Shown here: positions 28,071 to 37,842 of the stretch, in pieces
Position numbering within the stretch: position 1 is the stretch's first letter
How the letters are laid out: the number at the start of each line of letters is the position of its first letter
Assembly: GCA_964556395.1 (NCBI GenBank)
Contig: CAZKVR010000003.1
Coordinates: forward strand, 30,715 to 94,714
Length of the DNA stretch: 64,000 nt
Source of the DNA: an uncultured Methanosarcinales archaeon
GTDB lineage: Archaea > Nanobdellota > Nanobdellia > Woesearchaeales > WJKR01
Direction: 5' to 3'
Program-made: the position numbers and the translations under genes
Notes under the pieces: model-generated
What the model was told of the DNA's origin: nothing
Databases searched by the model: none
Seen by the model: only the letters and a program-made list of their open reading frames with translations

Positions 28071-28657
28071 ACCTTCCTGGAGCGGTAGACGCGGAACCCA
28101 CCACCCTTACCGAGGACGTCGACGTTCCCGAAAACCTCTTTCATCTCCTTCTCGAACGTGGCTCCACCCTTCTTATGACGGGCGACGAGCTGCAACGAGC
28201 CACCCTCTTCGAGGCGCTCGTACGACTCCCTGATGAGCCTGAAGCACACGTCGCGGCCAGCGGCGTACGGCGGGTTCAACAAGACCGCGTCGAACGAGCC
28301 AGAAAGGTTTGAGAACCCGTCAGACAATACCACCTCTGCCTCCACGCCGACCCGCTCGAGGTTCTTCCGTGCCAAGGTAACGGCGCGGCGGTTGACGTCA
28401 CTCATGACGACCTCCAACGAAGGATGGAGGGACTTGACGACGAGGCCGACCGGCCCCCAGCCGCAGCCGAGGTCGAGCACCCTGCCTGACCCGGGAAGGG
28501 AAGCGTTCTCTATCAGCAAGGACGTGCCGTTGTCCAGGGAGTCCTTGGAGAACACGCCGTTCGCCGTGACGGCTGAGAACGACCGGCCACGGGCGTTGAA
28601 GGAGACCGCCTGCTCGCGGACCGGGCCGCGCTGCTCCTGGTCGTAGTAGTGCGCCAC
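28067..28657 (-). CDS. Class I SAM-dependent methyltransferase, 'methyltransferase small domain' type (RsmC/RlmG-like, NPPY)
   Basis: VLDLGCGWGPVG and LLNPPYAAG motifs. Confidence 0.65.
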   Translation of the reverse strand: MAHYYDQEQRGPVREQAVSFNARGRSFSAVTANGVFSKDSLDNGTSLLIENASLPGSGRVLDLGCGWGPVGLVVKSLHPSLEVVMSDVNRRAVTLARKNLERVGVEAEVVLSDGFSNLSGSFDAVLLNPPYAAGRDVCFRLIRESYERLEEGGSLQLVARHKKGGATFEKEMKEVFGNVDVLGKGGGFRVYRSRKV

Positions 28658-28666
28658 AGGCCCACC

Positions 28667-29416
28667 TCACATGACGCCGAAGAGGGCGTAGAGGAAGCGG
28701 TCGGCGGACTTGACGACCTCGTCAGCGTCGGTGCCTTGGATGACGAGGCACTGCGGGTACTGTTCGGGGACGCCGACGTAGTTCCGGTCGTGCTCGCGGA
28801 GGTAGATGACGAACGTGTCCTCACCTGAAGAGGAGCAGTCGACGATCGGCGTGTCCTCCGACACGCTCTCAGGCCTCTTTGTCAGGCCGACCCTGGTAGG
28901 GATGTTGTAGATGTCGTACCGTTCCCCGGTGATCTTGGCGATCTCGACGCCGGCGATGACGACGCCGGAGGGGGCTTCAGGGTTCATCGTGATGAACAAC
29001 CGGCCGTCGCCGGTCTGGTTGACCATGGTGGAGAGGGCCTGGACTGTCTCGACCGCCTTGGGGTCGATGGGGATGTCCTCGAGCTCTTCAGGGAGGTGGT
29101 GGACCGCGACGCGGTAGGGCTGGCCGTTCACCATGACGCGGACGGACCACATGTCATCTTGCTCTATGAAGCAGAAGTTGTTGTACTCCTCATCGCAATC
29201 CTCGGATGCCGGGTCCATGCTGCTCCACGCGCCGATGACGAGGATGGCGGCGATGACGACGAGGGCTCCGACGAGGTACCAGACGGCTTTCGTACTTTCC
29301 TTCTTGCCTTCAGGCTCGACGGATGCCTTCTTCGTAGAGGTTTTCTTCGCGGACTTCTTGGGAGCGGCTTTCTTCGCCGCCTTCTTCGCGGACTTCTCAG
29401 GTTGCTTGTCGGTCAT
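28667..29416 (-). CDS. Membrane-anchored protein with Lys/Ala-rich N-terminal tail (hypothetical)
   Basis: KKAAKKAAPKKSAKK tail, single TM, extracytoplasmic domain. Confidence 0.4.
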   Translation of the reverse strand: MTDKQPEKSAKKAAKKAAPKKSAKKTSTKKASVEPEGKKESTKAVWYLVGALVVIAAILVIGAWSSMDPASEDCDEEYNNFCFIEQDDMWSVRVMVNGQPYRVAVHHLPEELEDIPIDPKAVETVQALSTMVNQTGDGRLFITMNPEAPSGVVIAGVEIAKITGERYDIYNIPTRVGLTKRPESVSEDTPIVDCSSSGEDTFVIYLREHDRNYVGVPEQYPQCLVIQGTDADEVVKSADRFLYALFGVM

Positions 29417-29431
29417 GAGTATTCACCAGTC

Positions 29432-30037
29432 TTAAGAGGATTCGTACACGCCATAATAGGAGTAGACGAGAGCGTCGCGGAGCTCGTAGAACGCGGTACC
29501 GTTGCCTTTCATGCGGAGACAAGAGTCGTCCTTGACGAGAGCTGTCTCATCGCTGAGCTCGAAGGAGACGACAGGAACCTCAGCCGTGGCGTTGGCACAC
29601 GTCGCGACAGGGAGGTCGTAAGCGCTCGAATTCGTCGTCACCGCGTTGATGGCGGGCTTCTGCAACAACGAGGAGAGGTCGAGCCGGACTTCCGAGAGGG
29701 CTCCGAGCTGCTCCTGCGGGGCTTCGGGGTCGAAGGTGAGGACGAGAGCCTGCGAGCCGCGGAGGAGCGACTTGGCATCCGCGGAGAGGGCGTATTGCTC
29801 GATGCTGCTCGGCAGACGGTAGTACGACACGTCCTGGCCGGTGAGGTCGGCCGTGTACATCCGCGTGTCCTGGTCGATGGCGAACGTGATGCCGTAATCC
29901 TTGACGGTCTGGTCCTGCGCCCCCCGTCCTGAGAGGTAGACGCCGAAGCCGCTCATCACCATGAGGAACGCCACGACGACGGCCATGATTATCCTGTTGC
30001 GCCGTTCCTTCCGGCGCTCGATGCGTCGCAATGCCAT
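29432..30037 (-). CDS. Membrane-anchored hypothetical protein
   Basis: Basic N-terminus, single TM helix. TATA GATATTTTAAAAGC 17-26 nt upstream. Confidence 0.4.
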   Translation of the reverse strand: MALRRIERRKERRNRIIMAVVVAFLMVMSGFGVYLSGRGAQDQTVKDYGITFAIDQDTRMYTADLTGQDVSYYRLPSSIEQYALSADAKSLLRGSQALVLTFDPEAPQEQLGALSEVRLDLSSLLQKPAINAVTTNSSAYDLPVATCANATAEVPVVSFELSDETALVKDDSCLRMKGNGTAFYELRDALVYSYYGVYESS

Positions 30038-30270
30038 ACGGTTGGAGTGATGAGGATATTTTAAAAGCTTCCGGTGCTCGGCTGGCGTGTAGAAAAAACC
30101 AAGCGAACAACGAGGATAACTCTTGCGTCCGGTAAGAACAAGTCTGATTTATAAAAAAGCACTTCTTGCAAGAGCCATTCAGGCGCCGCGACCACTACAA
30201 GAGCAAGATAGTCTGCAAATCCATACTTGAGGAAACTTATTTAAACCGCGGTCCGTCTACAAAGAACAAC

Positions 30271-32814
30271 ATGGTCATGCCTGACAAGGAGGTCAAGCGC
30301 TGGTTCAAGGCCGAGGCGAGCAAGGACCCCGACAAGTACTACGCGACCGAGGTGTTGCGTGCCGAGGGTTTCAAACGGAGCCAGTGCGCCGAGTGCGGCA
30401 CCTATTATTGGAGCACTGACGAGGGCCGCACGACGTGCGACGACCCGGCCTGCTCTGGCGGCTTCCGCTTCTTCGAGGACAACCCTGCCAAGGAGCCGAT
30501 GGACTACGTCCGGACGTGGAAGGCTTTCAAGAATCTCATGGAGGGTCGCGGCTACACTGCTATCGAGCGCTACCCGGTCATCGCGCGGTGGCGGGCCGAC
30601 ACGGAGTTCGTCCAGGCGAGCATCTACGACTTCCAACCCTACGTCGTGACGGGCGAGGTGGACCCGCCGGCCAACCCGCTGGTCGTGCCGCAGTTCTCAT
30701 TACGTTTCAATGATGTGGACAACGTCGGCGTGACGATGAGCCACATGACCGGGTTCGTCATGATAGGCCAGCACGCGTTCATGCCCAAGGATGAGTGGGA
30801 TCAGGACAAGGTGTTCAGGGACATCTACGCCTGGCTCCGTGAAGGCCTCGGGCTCCCTAAGGATGAGATCACGTTCCACGAGGACTCGTGGGCGGGCGGC
30901 GGCAACTTCGGGCCTTGTATGGAGTTCTTCAGCCGTGGCTGCGAGCTGGGCAACCAGGTGTACATGCTGTACGAGCAGACCGCGGACGGCCATAAGGAGT
31001 TGCCGCTGAAGGTGCTCGACATGGGGATGGGCCATGAGCGCGTCGCCTGGTTCACCCAGGGGAAAGGCACGATCTACGACGCGGCGTTCCCGACGGTGAT
31101 GGAGAAGCTGCGTTCACGGACGGATGTGGCGTACGACGAGGAGCTCGTGAGGAAGTACCTGCCTTACGCGTCCTACCTCAACGCCGACGAGACGGACGAC
31201 GTCGAGGCCGAGTGGCAGCGCGTCGCGGACGCGGTGGGGAGGAGCGTCGATGACGTTAAGGCGTTCGTCAAGCCGCTCGCCGCGTTGTACAGCGTGGCCG
31301 AGCACGCCCGGTCGTTGCTCGTGGCGTTGAGCGACGGCGGCCTGCCGAGCAACGTCGGCGGCGGCTACAACCTCAGGGTCATCCTGCGACGCGCGTTGCG
31401 GTTCCTCGACGAGTATGGCTGGGACGTGAAGCTGTACGAGGTGTGCGAGTGGCACGCCGACTACCTCAAGGGATTGTTCCCGGAGCTGTCTGAGAACCTC
31501 GACGAGGTGAAGGAGATACTCGCGTACGAGGAGCGGCGCTACGAGGAGTCGAAGGAGCGCAATGCCAAGCTCGTCAAGCGATTGGTGGAGAAGGGCGAGG
31601 ATTTCTCGACTGGGAAGCTCATCGAATTGTACGACAGCAAGGGTGTCGCGCCCGAAGAGGTCGCCAAGGCTGCGGCCGAGGCGGGCCAGGAGGTCGAGGT
31701 GCCTGAGAACTTCTACGCGTTGGTGGCTGAGAAGCACGCGGATGAGGGAGCGGGCGCGACGAGAACCGGCAAGGAGGAGTCCTTGCCGTTGGACGAGTTG
31801 CCGCCGACCGACGCGTTGTACTTCGACCATTATGATTACGTGGATTTCACAGGACGTGTCATCAGGATCATCGACAACAACGTGGTGTTGGACCGTACGG
31901 CGTTCTACCCCACGAGCGGCGGGCAGGTCCATGACAAGGGCACGCTGGGAGGTGTCGAGGTCGTCGAGGTGTTCTCGCAGGCCACGCCGGAAGGCAAGGT
32001 TATAGTCCATGTATTGGCTGATGAGCCCGGCTTCAAGGAAGGCGACAAGGTGGAAGGGAGGATAGACCTGGAGCGGCGCGCGCAACTGGCGCAACACCAC
32101 ACGGCGACGCACATCCTCACGGGTTCCGCCCGGCGGGTGTTGGGGGATCACGTGTGGCAGGCTGGCGCGGCCAAGACTCCTGAGAAGAGCCGGTTGGACA
32201 TCACGCATTATGAGCAGCTCTCGGACGAAGAGTTGGAGAGTATTGAACGGTTGGCCAACGAGGTCGTGGACGAGAACCGTCCGGTGTACAAGTCTTTCAT
32301 GGCGCGCGACCTGGCGGAGGCGGAGTATGGCTTCAGGCTCTACCAGGGCGGCGCGGTGCCTGGCAAGAGGTTGCGTATCGTCAACATCGAGGGTTTCGAC
32401 GTCGAGGCTTGCGGTGGCACCCACCTGGACGTGACGGGTGACGTCGGGCACGTCAAGATCCTCAAGACGAGCAAGATCCAGGACGGTGTCGTCAGGCTCG
32501 AGTTCGTCGCAGGGGCTGCGGCCGAGGCGGCGCTCGCGCATGAGCGGCAGTTGTTGGAAGAGTCTTTGGCGGTCGTGGGCGGTGTTGAGAGGCAGTTGCC
32601 GGCTAGGGCTGAGGAGTTGTTCCGGCTGTGGAAGAAGGCTAAGAAGGGCAAGCTGGACGAGTTCGGATTATCGGCGACTGAGGAGACGGACGGCGACCCG
32701 TTGGTGGAAGCTTCGAAGGTGTTGAAGACCCAGCCCGAGCACGTGCCGAAGACGCTGAAGCGGTTCTCGCAGGACATCGAGAAGCGGTTGTCGAAGAAGA
32801 ATTCTGAAAAATAA
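30271..32814 (+). CDS. alaS: Alanyl-tRNA synthetase (archaeal type)
   Basis: Start trimmed to MVMPDKEV, in frame with track ORF 30166. N-terminal CAECG..C zinc element like archaeal AlaRS. Editing-domain HxxxH motif HHTATHIL and CGGTH. TATA CTTATTTAAACC at 30234-30243. Confidence 0.9.
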   Translation: MVMPDKEVKRWFKAEASKDPDKYYATEVLRAEGFKRSQCAECGTYYWSTDEGRTTCDDPACSGGFRFFEDNPAKEPMDYVRTWKAFKNLMEGRGYTAIERYPVIARWRADTEFVQASIYDFQPYVVTGEVDPPANPLVVPQFSLRFNDVDNVGVTMSHMTGFVMIGQHAFMPKDEWDQDKVFRDIYAWLREGLGLPKDEITFHEDSWAGGGNFGPCMEFFSRGCELGNQVYMLYEQTADGHKELPLKVLDMGMGHERVAWFTQGKGTIYDAAFPTVMEKLRSRTDVAYDEELVRKYLPYASYLNADETDDVEAEWQRVADAVGRSVDDVKAFVKPLAALYSVAEHARSLLVALSDGGLPSNVGGGYNLRVILRRALRFLDEYGWDVKLYEVCEWHADYLKGLFPELSENLDEVKEILAYEERRYEESKERNAKLVKRLVEKGEDFSTGKLIELYDSKGVAPEEVAKAAAEAGQEVEVPENFYALVAEKHADEGAGATRTGKEESLPLDELPPTDALYFDHYDYVDFTGRVIRIIDNNVVLDRTAFYPTSGGQVHDKGTLGGVEVVEVFSQATPEGKVIVHVLADEPGFKEGDKVEGRIDLERRAQLAQHHTATHILTGSARRVLGDHVWQAGAAKTPEKSRLDITHYEQLSDEELESIERLANEVVDENRPVYKSFMARDLAEAEYGFRLYQGGAVPGKRLRIVNIEGFDVEACGGTHLDVTGDVGHVKILKTSKIQDGVVRLEFVAGAAAEAALAHERQLLEESLAVVGGVERQLPARAEELFRLWKKAKKGKLDEFGLSATEETDGDPLVEASKVLKTQPEHVPKTLKRFSQDIEKRLSKKNSEK

Positions 32815-32820
32815 GAAGAT

Positions 32821-33135
32821 TTATCGTTTCTGCTCGCGGCCGCTGTGCCTTGCTATCAGGGCTATGAGGAGCAGTACCAATCCGAGGATGAGGTAGCCCG
32901 CCCCTTGTCCGAGCTGCGGCAGGGCGTCGTTGAGCAGTTTGGCGATGCCGACGAGTCCGAAGACGAGTCCTAGGATGACGAACGCCAAGAGTATGAGCTG
33001 TCGCACGACGTTCTCGGCGGCCTGCTCGACCGCCAGCTTGACCTCGTCGATGGTGGTGTCGACTCGTTCTTGGACCTCGTCGAGGACGGTCTCTCCTAGA
33101 AGGGACGCGAGACCTTTAAAGAGTCCTTTGAGCAT
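32821..33135 (-). CDS. Small membrane protein, YqjE / phage holin-X (PF07332)-like
   Basis: Amphipathic N-terminus followed by two TM helices. Adjacent to the DUF883 gene, as in the bacterial yqjD-yqjE pairing. Confidence 0.35.
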   Translation of the reverse strand: MLKGLFKGLASLLGETVLDEVQERVDTTIDEVKLAVEQAAENVVRQLILLAFVILGLVFGLVGIAKLLNDALPQLGQGAGYLILGLVLLLIALIARHSGREQKR

Positions 33136-33137
33136 GG

Positions 33138-33374
33138 TCAGCGCCTCCGCCTCTTGAACAGTCGTCCGAGGAAGTATCCGGCCACGAGGGCTCCGCCGAC
33201 GCTGATGAAGGGGTGTTTCCTGATGAACTCCTCAGCGGTCTCCTTGCGCTCGACGGCGCTCTCCCAGGAGTCCTTGTTGTCGTCCTGGAACTTCTCCAGC
33301 TCTTCCTGTGCTTTCTTCAAGAATGATCGCAATTCCTTGGCTGTGTCGTCTTTCCGGCGTGCCATACCACTCAC
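33138..33374 (-). CDS. DUF883 (ElaB/YqjD/YgaM-like) C-terminally membrane-anchored protein
   Basis: C-terminal HPFISVGGALVAGYFLGRLFKRRRR matches the DUF883 anchor signature. TATA 20-27 nt upstream. Confidence 0.6.
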   Translation of the reverse strand: MSGMARRKDDTAKELRSFLKKAQEELEKFQDDNKDSWESAVERKETAEEFIRKHPFISVGGALVAGYFLGRLFKRRRR

Positions 33375-33478
33375 CTCTTTATAAGGATAAGACGGGGTTG
33401 TTTTTATAGTTTTGGATACATTCCATGAGAAACGAAAGGTTTAAAAGAAGCATGGCTGCATCCCGTGGCTGAAGCTAC

Positions 33479-33688
33479 GTGATACGCAGCGAGGGTGAGA
33501 GACCCATACACACAGGATTGGAAGATCACGTGCAAAACGCGGTGTGTCCGCGTTGCAAGGAGAAGGTGCGGGAGCCTTGGATGTCGGAGTTCTGGGAGCA
33601 GTTCCACTACGTCACGACAAGGTGTGCGTCGTGCAGTTACAAGCTCTTCTACAAGGCTGATTTCATCAGCGCTGGTGTCGAGAAGTAG
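33479..33688 (+). CDS. Small hypothetical Cys-containing protein (start uncertain, GTG)
   Basis: CPRC...CASC. Weak. Confidence 0.2.
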   Translation: MIRSEGERPIHTGLEDHVQNAVCPRCKEKVREPWMSEFWEQFHYVTTRCASCSYKLFYKADFISAGVEK

Positions 33689-33690
33689 TC

Positions 33691-34584
33691 TCAGTCTTCA
33701 GGCCAGGTGTAGATGACGGGTTTGTCTTTGACGATGACGCTGTGCTCGTGCTGGCTGACCAGGCCACCCCGTCGTTCCGGCAGGGGAGGGTGTGCGGTGA
33801 CGCTCCCGTTGCGCTGGAGCTCGCGGAGGGCGAGGCGCGTCTTGCCTGCTCCGAATTCTTTCTCGAGCCACCTCGTCGTGAACGGGAGGCCGTGGTATCC
33901 TCGCAGCTTGCCGGCGACCTGGCGCGCGTAGGGACTTCTCGTCGGTTTCATCGCCGCCGGGCTGAAGACGGTCGGGTTACCGCCTTCCTGGATGGCGCCT
34001 TCACCGTCGGTGGCGAAGGGTTCTATGGCGATGGTCATGTCCTCTCTCAAGACGGTCTTGTCGCCCGTGGGGGTGTTGGGGATGCTCGGCGGCGTGTGGA
34101 CCTGGTAGTGTCCGAGGCCGTGTCCTGAGAGGTTGCGGACGGGTTTGAAGCCGTGGCTCGTTATCGTCTCTTGGATGGTGCGTCCGAGCTCGTCGAGCGT
34201 CGTGCCTGGCACCGCTATCTTGAGGGCTGCGTGGAGGGCTTCCTTGCTCGCCTTGAGGAGGTCTTCGTGGCTTCCGAGGTCTACGGTGAGGGCGTTGTCC
34301 GCTATGCGTCCGTCGACGTGGGCGCCGACGTCGAGCTTGACGACGTCTCCTTCCTGGAAGGCGGTGTCGTCCTCTTGCGAGGGGCAGTAGTGGGCGGCCA
34401 CTTCGTTGAGGGAGAGCTGTGCTGGGAAGGCGATGCCGCCACCCATGGCTTCGATGCGGGCTTCCACCTTGTCGAGGACGTCTCTCAGGAGGATTCCTGG
34501 CTTGATCATGGCGGCTCCTTCTCTTAATGCGGTGCTGGCTATGCGTCCGGCTTTCCGGTAGCGTTCGAGCTCTTCCTGTTCCAT
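33691..34584 (-). CDS. map: Methionine aminopeptidase, type 2 (archaeal)
   Basis: Pita-bread metal ligands context (DVGAHVDG, HG, E). 297 aa is typical of archaeal MetAP. Confidence 0.9.
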   Translation of the reverse strand: MEQEELERYRKAGRIASTALREGAAMIKPGILLRDVLDKVEARIEAMGGGIAFPAQLSLNEVAAHYCPSQEDDTAFQEGDVVKLDVGAHVDGRIADNALTVDLGSHEDLLKASKEALHAALKIAVPGTTLDELGRTIQETITSHGFKPVRNLSGHGLGHYQVHTPPSIPNTPTGDKTVLREDMTIAIEPFATDGEGAIQEGGNPTVFSPAAMKPTRSPYARQVAGKLRGYHGLPFTTRWLEKEFGAGKTRLALRELQRNGSVTAHPPLPERRGGLVSQHEHSVIVKDKPVIYTWPED

Positions 34585-34684
34585 AGGGGTTGGTTGCTTG
34601 GGGCTTGTTATTTAAATGTTTGGCGTTCTTTTAAGAAATGTTTATATATGAATGCAGCTTCATCATCTGAGGGTGATGCGGGTA

Positions 34685-34884
34685 TGGTTGAGAAGACCTC
34701 TCTGGATTGGATAGCATTGGTGTTGGCGATCGTGGGCGGCCTGAACTGGGGCCTTGTCGGCGCGTTCAGGTTTGACCTCGTCGCATGGATCTTCGGTGAG
34801 ATGAGCGTGGTGTCCCGCGTGGTGTACGTCCTCGTGGGCTTGGCGGCGATCTACCTGATCGCGTTCGCGTCGAAGAAGGACTGA
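34685..34884 (+). CDS. DUF378 family small membrane protein
   Basis: Start trimmed to MVEKTSLD. GGLNWGLVG...FDLV..IFG signature. TATA TTTATATA at 34641-34648. Oligo-T terminator at 34886-34900. Confidence 0.55.
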
Positions 34885-34899
34885 ATTTTTTTCTTTTTC

Positions 34900-35481
34900 T
34901 CAGTAGAGGATGGCGACGACTTTTCCGAGGATCTGGTCGGGCCGGACCTTGCCCGGGTCGTTGGCAGGGTTGTTGTCGCCCTTGAGGACGAAGTAGAGCC
35001 CTTGCTCGTCGGTGTCCTTGTGGACTATGCGGTGGATGATGATGGTGTCTCCGCGGCGGTAGCTGATGATGTCGCCTTCCTGGAGCTCTTCGGGCGGGAC
35101 TTTTACGCGGACGGTGTTGGCGCCCTGGTCTAAGACAGGGTCCATGCTGTTCGTGTCGGTGAACGTGCTCCATGTCGGGTCGTCAATGTCGATGTAGAAT
35201 TCCCACTCGCTCTCGAGGCCTTCGAGACCTACCTCGACGCCGTCGCGGTAAACCCTGATCTGGTCTTCTTTCAGGGTGTCGCTCGGTGATGAGCGTTCCT
35301 TCGGTTGGCCTGACCACAACGGTTGTTCCGGGACCGGTACGTCGAGGGCTGCGCTGGCGACAACCATAGTGGCTGCTCCTAGGCCGAAGGTGAGCGCCAG
35401 GACCACCACAGCAACGAATGTGTCATTCATAAGTGGCAAAAGAATACGAGCTAATTTAAAAAACTTTCTATAATTTGTCAC
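34900..35481 (-). CDS. Signal peptidase I (archaeal Sec11/SipW type, S26 family)
   Basis: NSMDPVL (Ser box), GDIISYRRGDTIIIHRIV (His box), VLKGDNNPANDP. Confidence 0.8.
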   Translation of the reverse strand: MTNYRKFFKLARILLPLMNDTFVAVVVLALTFGLGAATMVVASAALDVPVPEQPLWSGQPKERSSPSDTLKEDQIRVYRDGVEVGLEGLESEWEFYIDIDDPTWSTFTDTNSMDPVLDQGANTVRVKVPPEELQEGDIISYRRGDTIIIHRIVHKDTDEQGLYFVLKGDNNPANDPGKVRPDQILGKVVAILY

Positions 35482-35505
35482 TAGAAAGTAAAAAAAATAA
35501 GAGGT

Positions 35506-35961
35506 TTATTCTATGGTCAGCCTGACCTTCTCAGGATCATACTTCCAACCCTGCGGCAAACGACCGGAACGCTTGTAATACTTAGCCAGACGACCGATCT
35601 TCGACTCCGTCAAACGGAGGCCGCGCTTCCCAGACTGATCCTGACGATTATCCTCGAGGTGCTTACGAAGCAAGACCGCCTTACGGATGAGCGCCATCAT
35701 ATCCTCAGGAACTTCAGGCGCCAAGCCCTTGTCAACCAAGATACGAGCGATGCTCTTCTGCGTCACGAGCTTGACATCAGGGATACCATACTCGTCACGC
35801 AAATACATGCCGATCTGCGAAGGCGACTTGCCCTCCTTAGCATACTTGACGATGAGAAGCTCAACCTCCTTCGGCTTGTACTGCAACCAGCTCGGCGCAG
35901 CGAGCTTGGAAGGCTTGGTACTGCCACTCACGCCCTTATCACGACTATGCATACGTGCCAT
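35506..35961 (-). CDS. rps15: 30S ribosomal protein S15 (uS15, archaeal S13e-type)
   Basis: Start trimmed to MARMHSRDKG. 151 aa. A-run at 35490-35497 (a T-run on the coding strand) forms a terminator. Confidence 0.85.
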   Translation of the reverse strand: MARMHSRDKGVSGSTKPSKLAAPSWLQYKPKEVELLIVKYAKEGKSPSQIGMYLRDEYGIPDVKLVTQKSIARILVDKGLAPEVPEDMMALIRKAVLLRKHLEDNRQDQSGKRGLRLTESKIGRLAKYYKRSGRLPQGWKYDPEKVRLTIE

Positions 35962-36057
35962 TCTTACACTACTCCCTCGGCAGAAACTGACGTTCGACCG
36001 AGCAAAGGCCAGCCGGAACCAGCCCCTCTCTAGCACGAGAGGAAGCCACAACAGTTT

Positions 36058-36789
36058 TTAAAGGTTACGGGACTTCGCACGCCTGGCAGGAACCCAATCA
36101 GGCAAACCCTCATCACGATAGAACAACCCATCACCCGAAGGCACGGCAACACCCTGACGCTCACCGAAGAGCCGGAGATACTCACACACCAAGCTCCGGC
36201 GCAGGAAGGCAGCCCCACCACCATCCCCAACCCTGAAGTAACGCCCAGCCCCATCCGACTTCACGACCCGACCCAGCAACGAAGGCTCACCCCCAGGATC
36301 GAAAGGATCCTCAGGGCTGCGAGGGAACACCTCCTCATGGAAATCAATCATGTGCTCGCGCACCGCACGCTTGTACGAATTCACCACCAACCCAGGATTG
36401 GCGAGAGGTTTGAAAGACCCATCCAAAGCCCCAGAATCCACGGAACGACGCACATTCTGAGCCAGGTTGACGAACGACATGTACGCGCAGGCAAGAGTCC
36501 CAGGCACGCCGACCTCGGAACCGTAGGACGCGAAGGCAGGCGGCACCGCAAGCACCGTATAATCACCGGTCACGACGAACAACCCACCCTCATGACTATG
36601 ACGGTCGTAACGCACGCCATACCCCAACCCCCTGAACGACTCGAAGAAGGAAGACTTAGAGATGAGACGACGCAAAGGATAACCCTGTCGCTCGAACAAC
36701 GAGAACAACTCATCCACCACGGAATCCTCTAAGGACGCCAACCGCCGCCGCGCCTGAAGATCGCTCAAGGAGAGGCCATGCCGCACCAT
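36058..36789 (-). CDS. Hypothetical protein (243 aa)
   Basis: Protein-like composition. TATA CATTAATATAGTGG upstream. No confident family. Confidence 0.35.
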   Translation of the reverse strand: MVRHGLSLSDLQARRRLASLEDSVVDELFSLFERQGYPLRRLISKSSFFESFRGLGYGVRYDRHSHEGGLFVVTGDYTVLAVPPAFASYGSEVGVPGTLACAYMSFVNLAQNVRRSVDSGALDGSFKPLANPGLVVNSYKRAVREHMIDFHEEVFPRSPEDPFDPGGEPSLLGRVVKSDGAGRYFRVGDGGGAAFLRRSLVCEYLRLFGERQGVAVPSGDGLFYRDEGLPDWVPARRAKSRNL

Positions 36790-36883
36790 ACGCCCGAGAA
36801 GAAAACAACCACTATATTAATGTTACCTTCAAGGCGTGAAGACAACCACACATTTATAACATGGAAGGCATCACGAGAACCAC

Positions 36884-37495
36884 ATGAGCAAGTCACGCCT
36901 GGCAATCATCCTCTCAAAGCTCAAGCGCATCCCAGACCCGGACGTCGACATGGAACAATACCCGACACCCTCTGAAGCGGCGGCCGCCATCCTCTGGGAC
37001 GCGCACATGCGAGGGCTCATCGAAGGCAAACGGATACTCGACCTCGGCGCAGGGACAGGGATACTCGGCATCGGAGCCCTACTCCTAGGAGCGAGCCACG
37101 TCACGTTCGTGGAGAAGGACGAACGGCTCAAGAAGCTCATCCGGGAGAACCTGAAGATAGCAGACGCGGAAGAAGGAAGCTACGACATCGTGATAGGAGA
37201 CGCGACCAAGTACGAAGGGTCGGCAGACCTCGTCCTCACCAACCCGCCGTTCGGCACGAAAGAACCAGGCGCAGACCTACGATTCCTCGAAACAGCCTAC
37301 GAAGCGGCACCGGAGTGCTACTCGTTCCACAAGACGAGCACGGACAACCACCTCCGGGAATGGCTAGTGAAGCGCAAACTACACCCGCTCCAAGGCATCA
37401 GGTTCACGTTCAACCTGCCGAACACGATGCGATTCCACGGCAAGAAAGCCCACCACGTCCAAGTCACGTGCTGGCACGCACGGAAAGATTTATAA
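36884..37495 (+). CDS. METTL5-like RNA N6-adenine methyltransferase
   Basis: LDLGAGTGILG SAM motif and NPPFGT motif. About 200 aa archaeal METTL5 ortholog architecture. Confidence 0.6.
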   Translation: MSKSRLAIILSKLKRIPDPDVDMEQYPTPSEAAAAILWDAHMRGLIEGKRILDLGAGTGILGIGALLLGASHVTFVEKDERLKKLIRENLKIADAEEGSYDIVIGDATKYEGSADLVLTNPPFGTKEPGADLRFLETAYEAAPECYSFHKTSTDNHLREWLVKRKLHPLQGIRFTFNLPNTMRFHGKKAHHVQVTCWHARKDL

Positions 37496-37500
37496 ATAAC
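37489..37500 (+). promoter_or_regulatory. TATA box (TTTATAAATAAC) overlapping the upstream stop codon, for leaderless rpoL
   Basis: 20-28 nt upstream of ATG 37520. Confidence 0.5.
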
Positions 37501-37519
37501 ACACCGGTTCTGCACCACT

Positions 37520-37798
37520 ATGGAGATAGACGTCCTCGAACAGACCAAGAAACGGCTCGTGTTCAAGCTCGACGGCGGAGACCACACCCTGTGCAACGCC
37601 CTCAAAGACGAGCTATGGAACGACAAGGACGTCGAAGCGGCGTCGTACAACATCGACCACCCGCTCATCGGCACGCCGAAATTCATCATCCAGACCAACA
37701 GCAACCAGGAACCCGCCAAGGCGCTCACCAACGCGGCCAACCGCCTCAAACGGAAGAACAAGACATTCTCAGAAGCCGCAGCCAAGCTCAAACTATAA
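37520..37798 (+). CDS. rpoL: DNA-directed RNA polymerase subunit L (Rpb11 homolog)
   Basis: LVFKLDGGDHTLCNALKDELW matches the RpoL signature. 92 aa. Confidence 0.85.
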   Translation: MEIDVLEQTKKRLVFKLDGGDHTLCNALKDELWNDKDVEAASYNIDHPLIGTPKFIIQTNSNQEPAKALTNAANRLKRKNKTFSEAAAKLKL

Positions 37799-37842
37799 AA
37801 AGAGCAAAAAGGCTTTAAACCACCACACCACGAGAGAGGGAT

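Noticed and set aside
31114-32541. 475-aa minus-strand ORF
   Set aside because: Antisense of alaS. Leu/Arg/Val-rich shadow frame.
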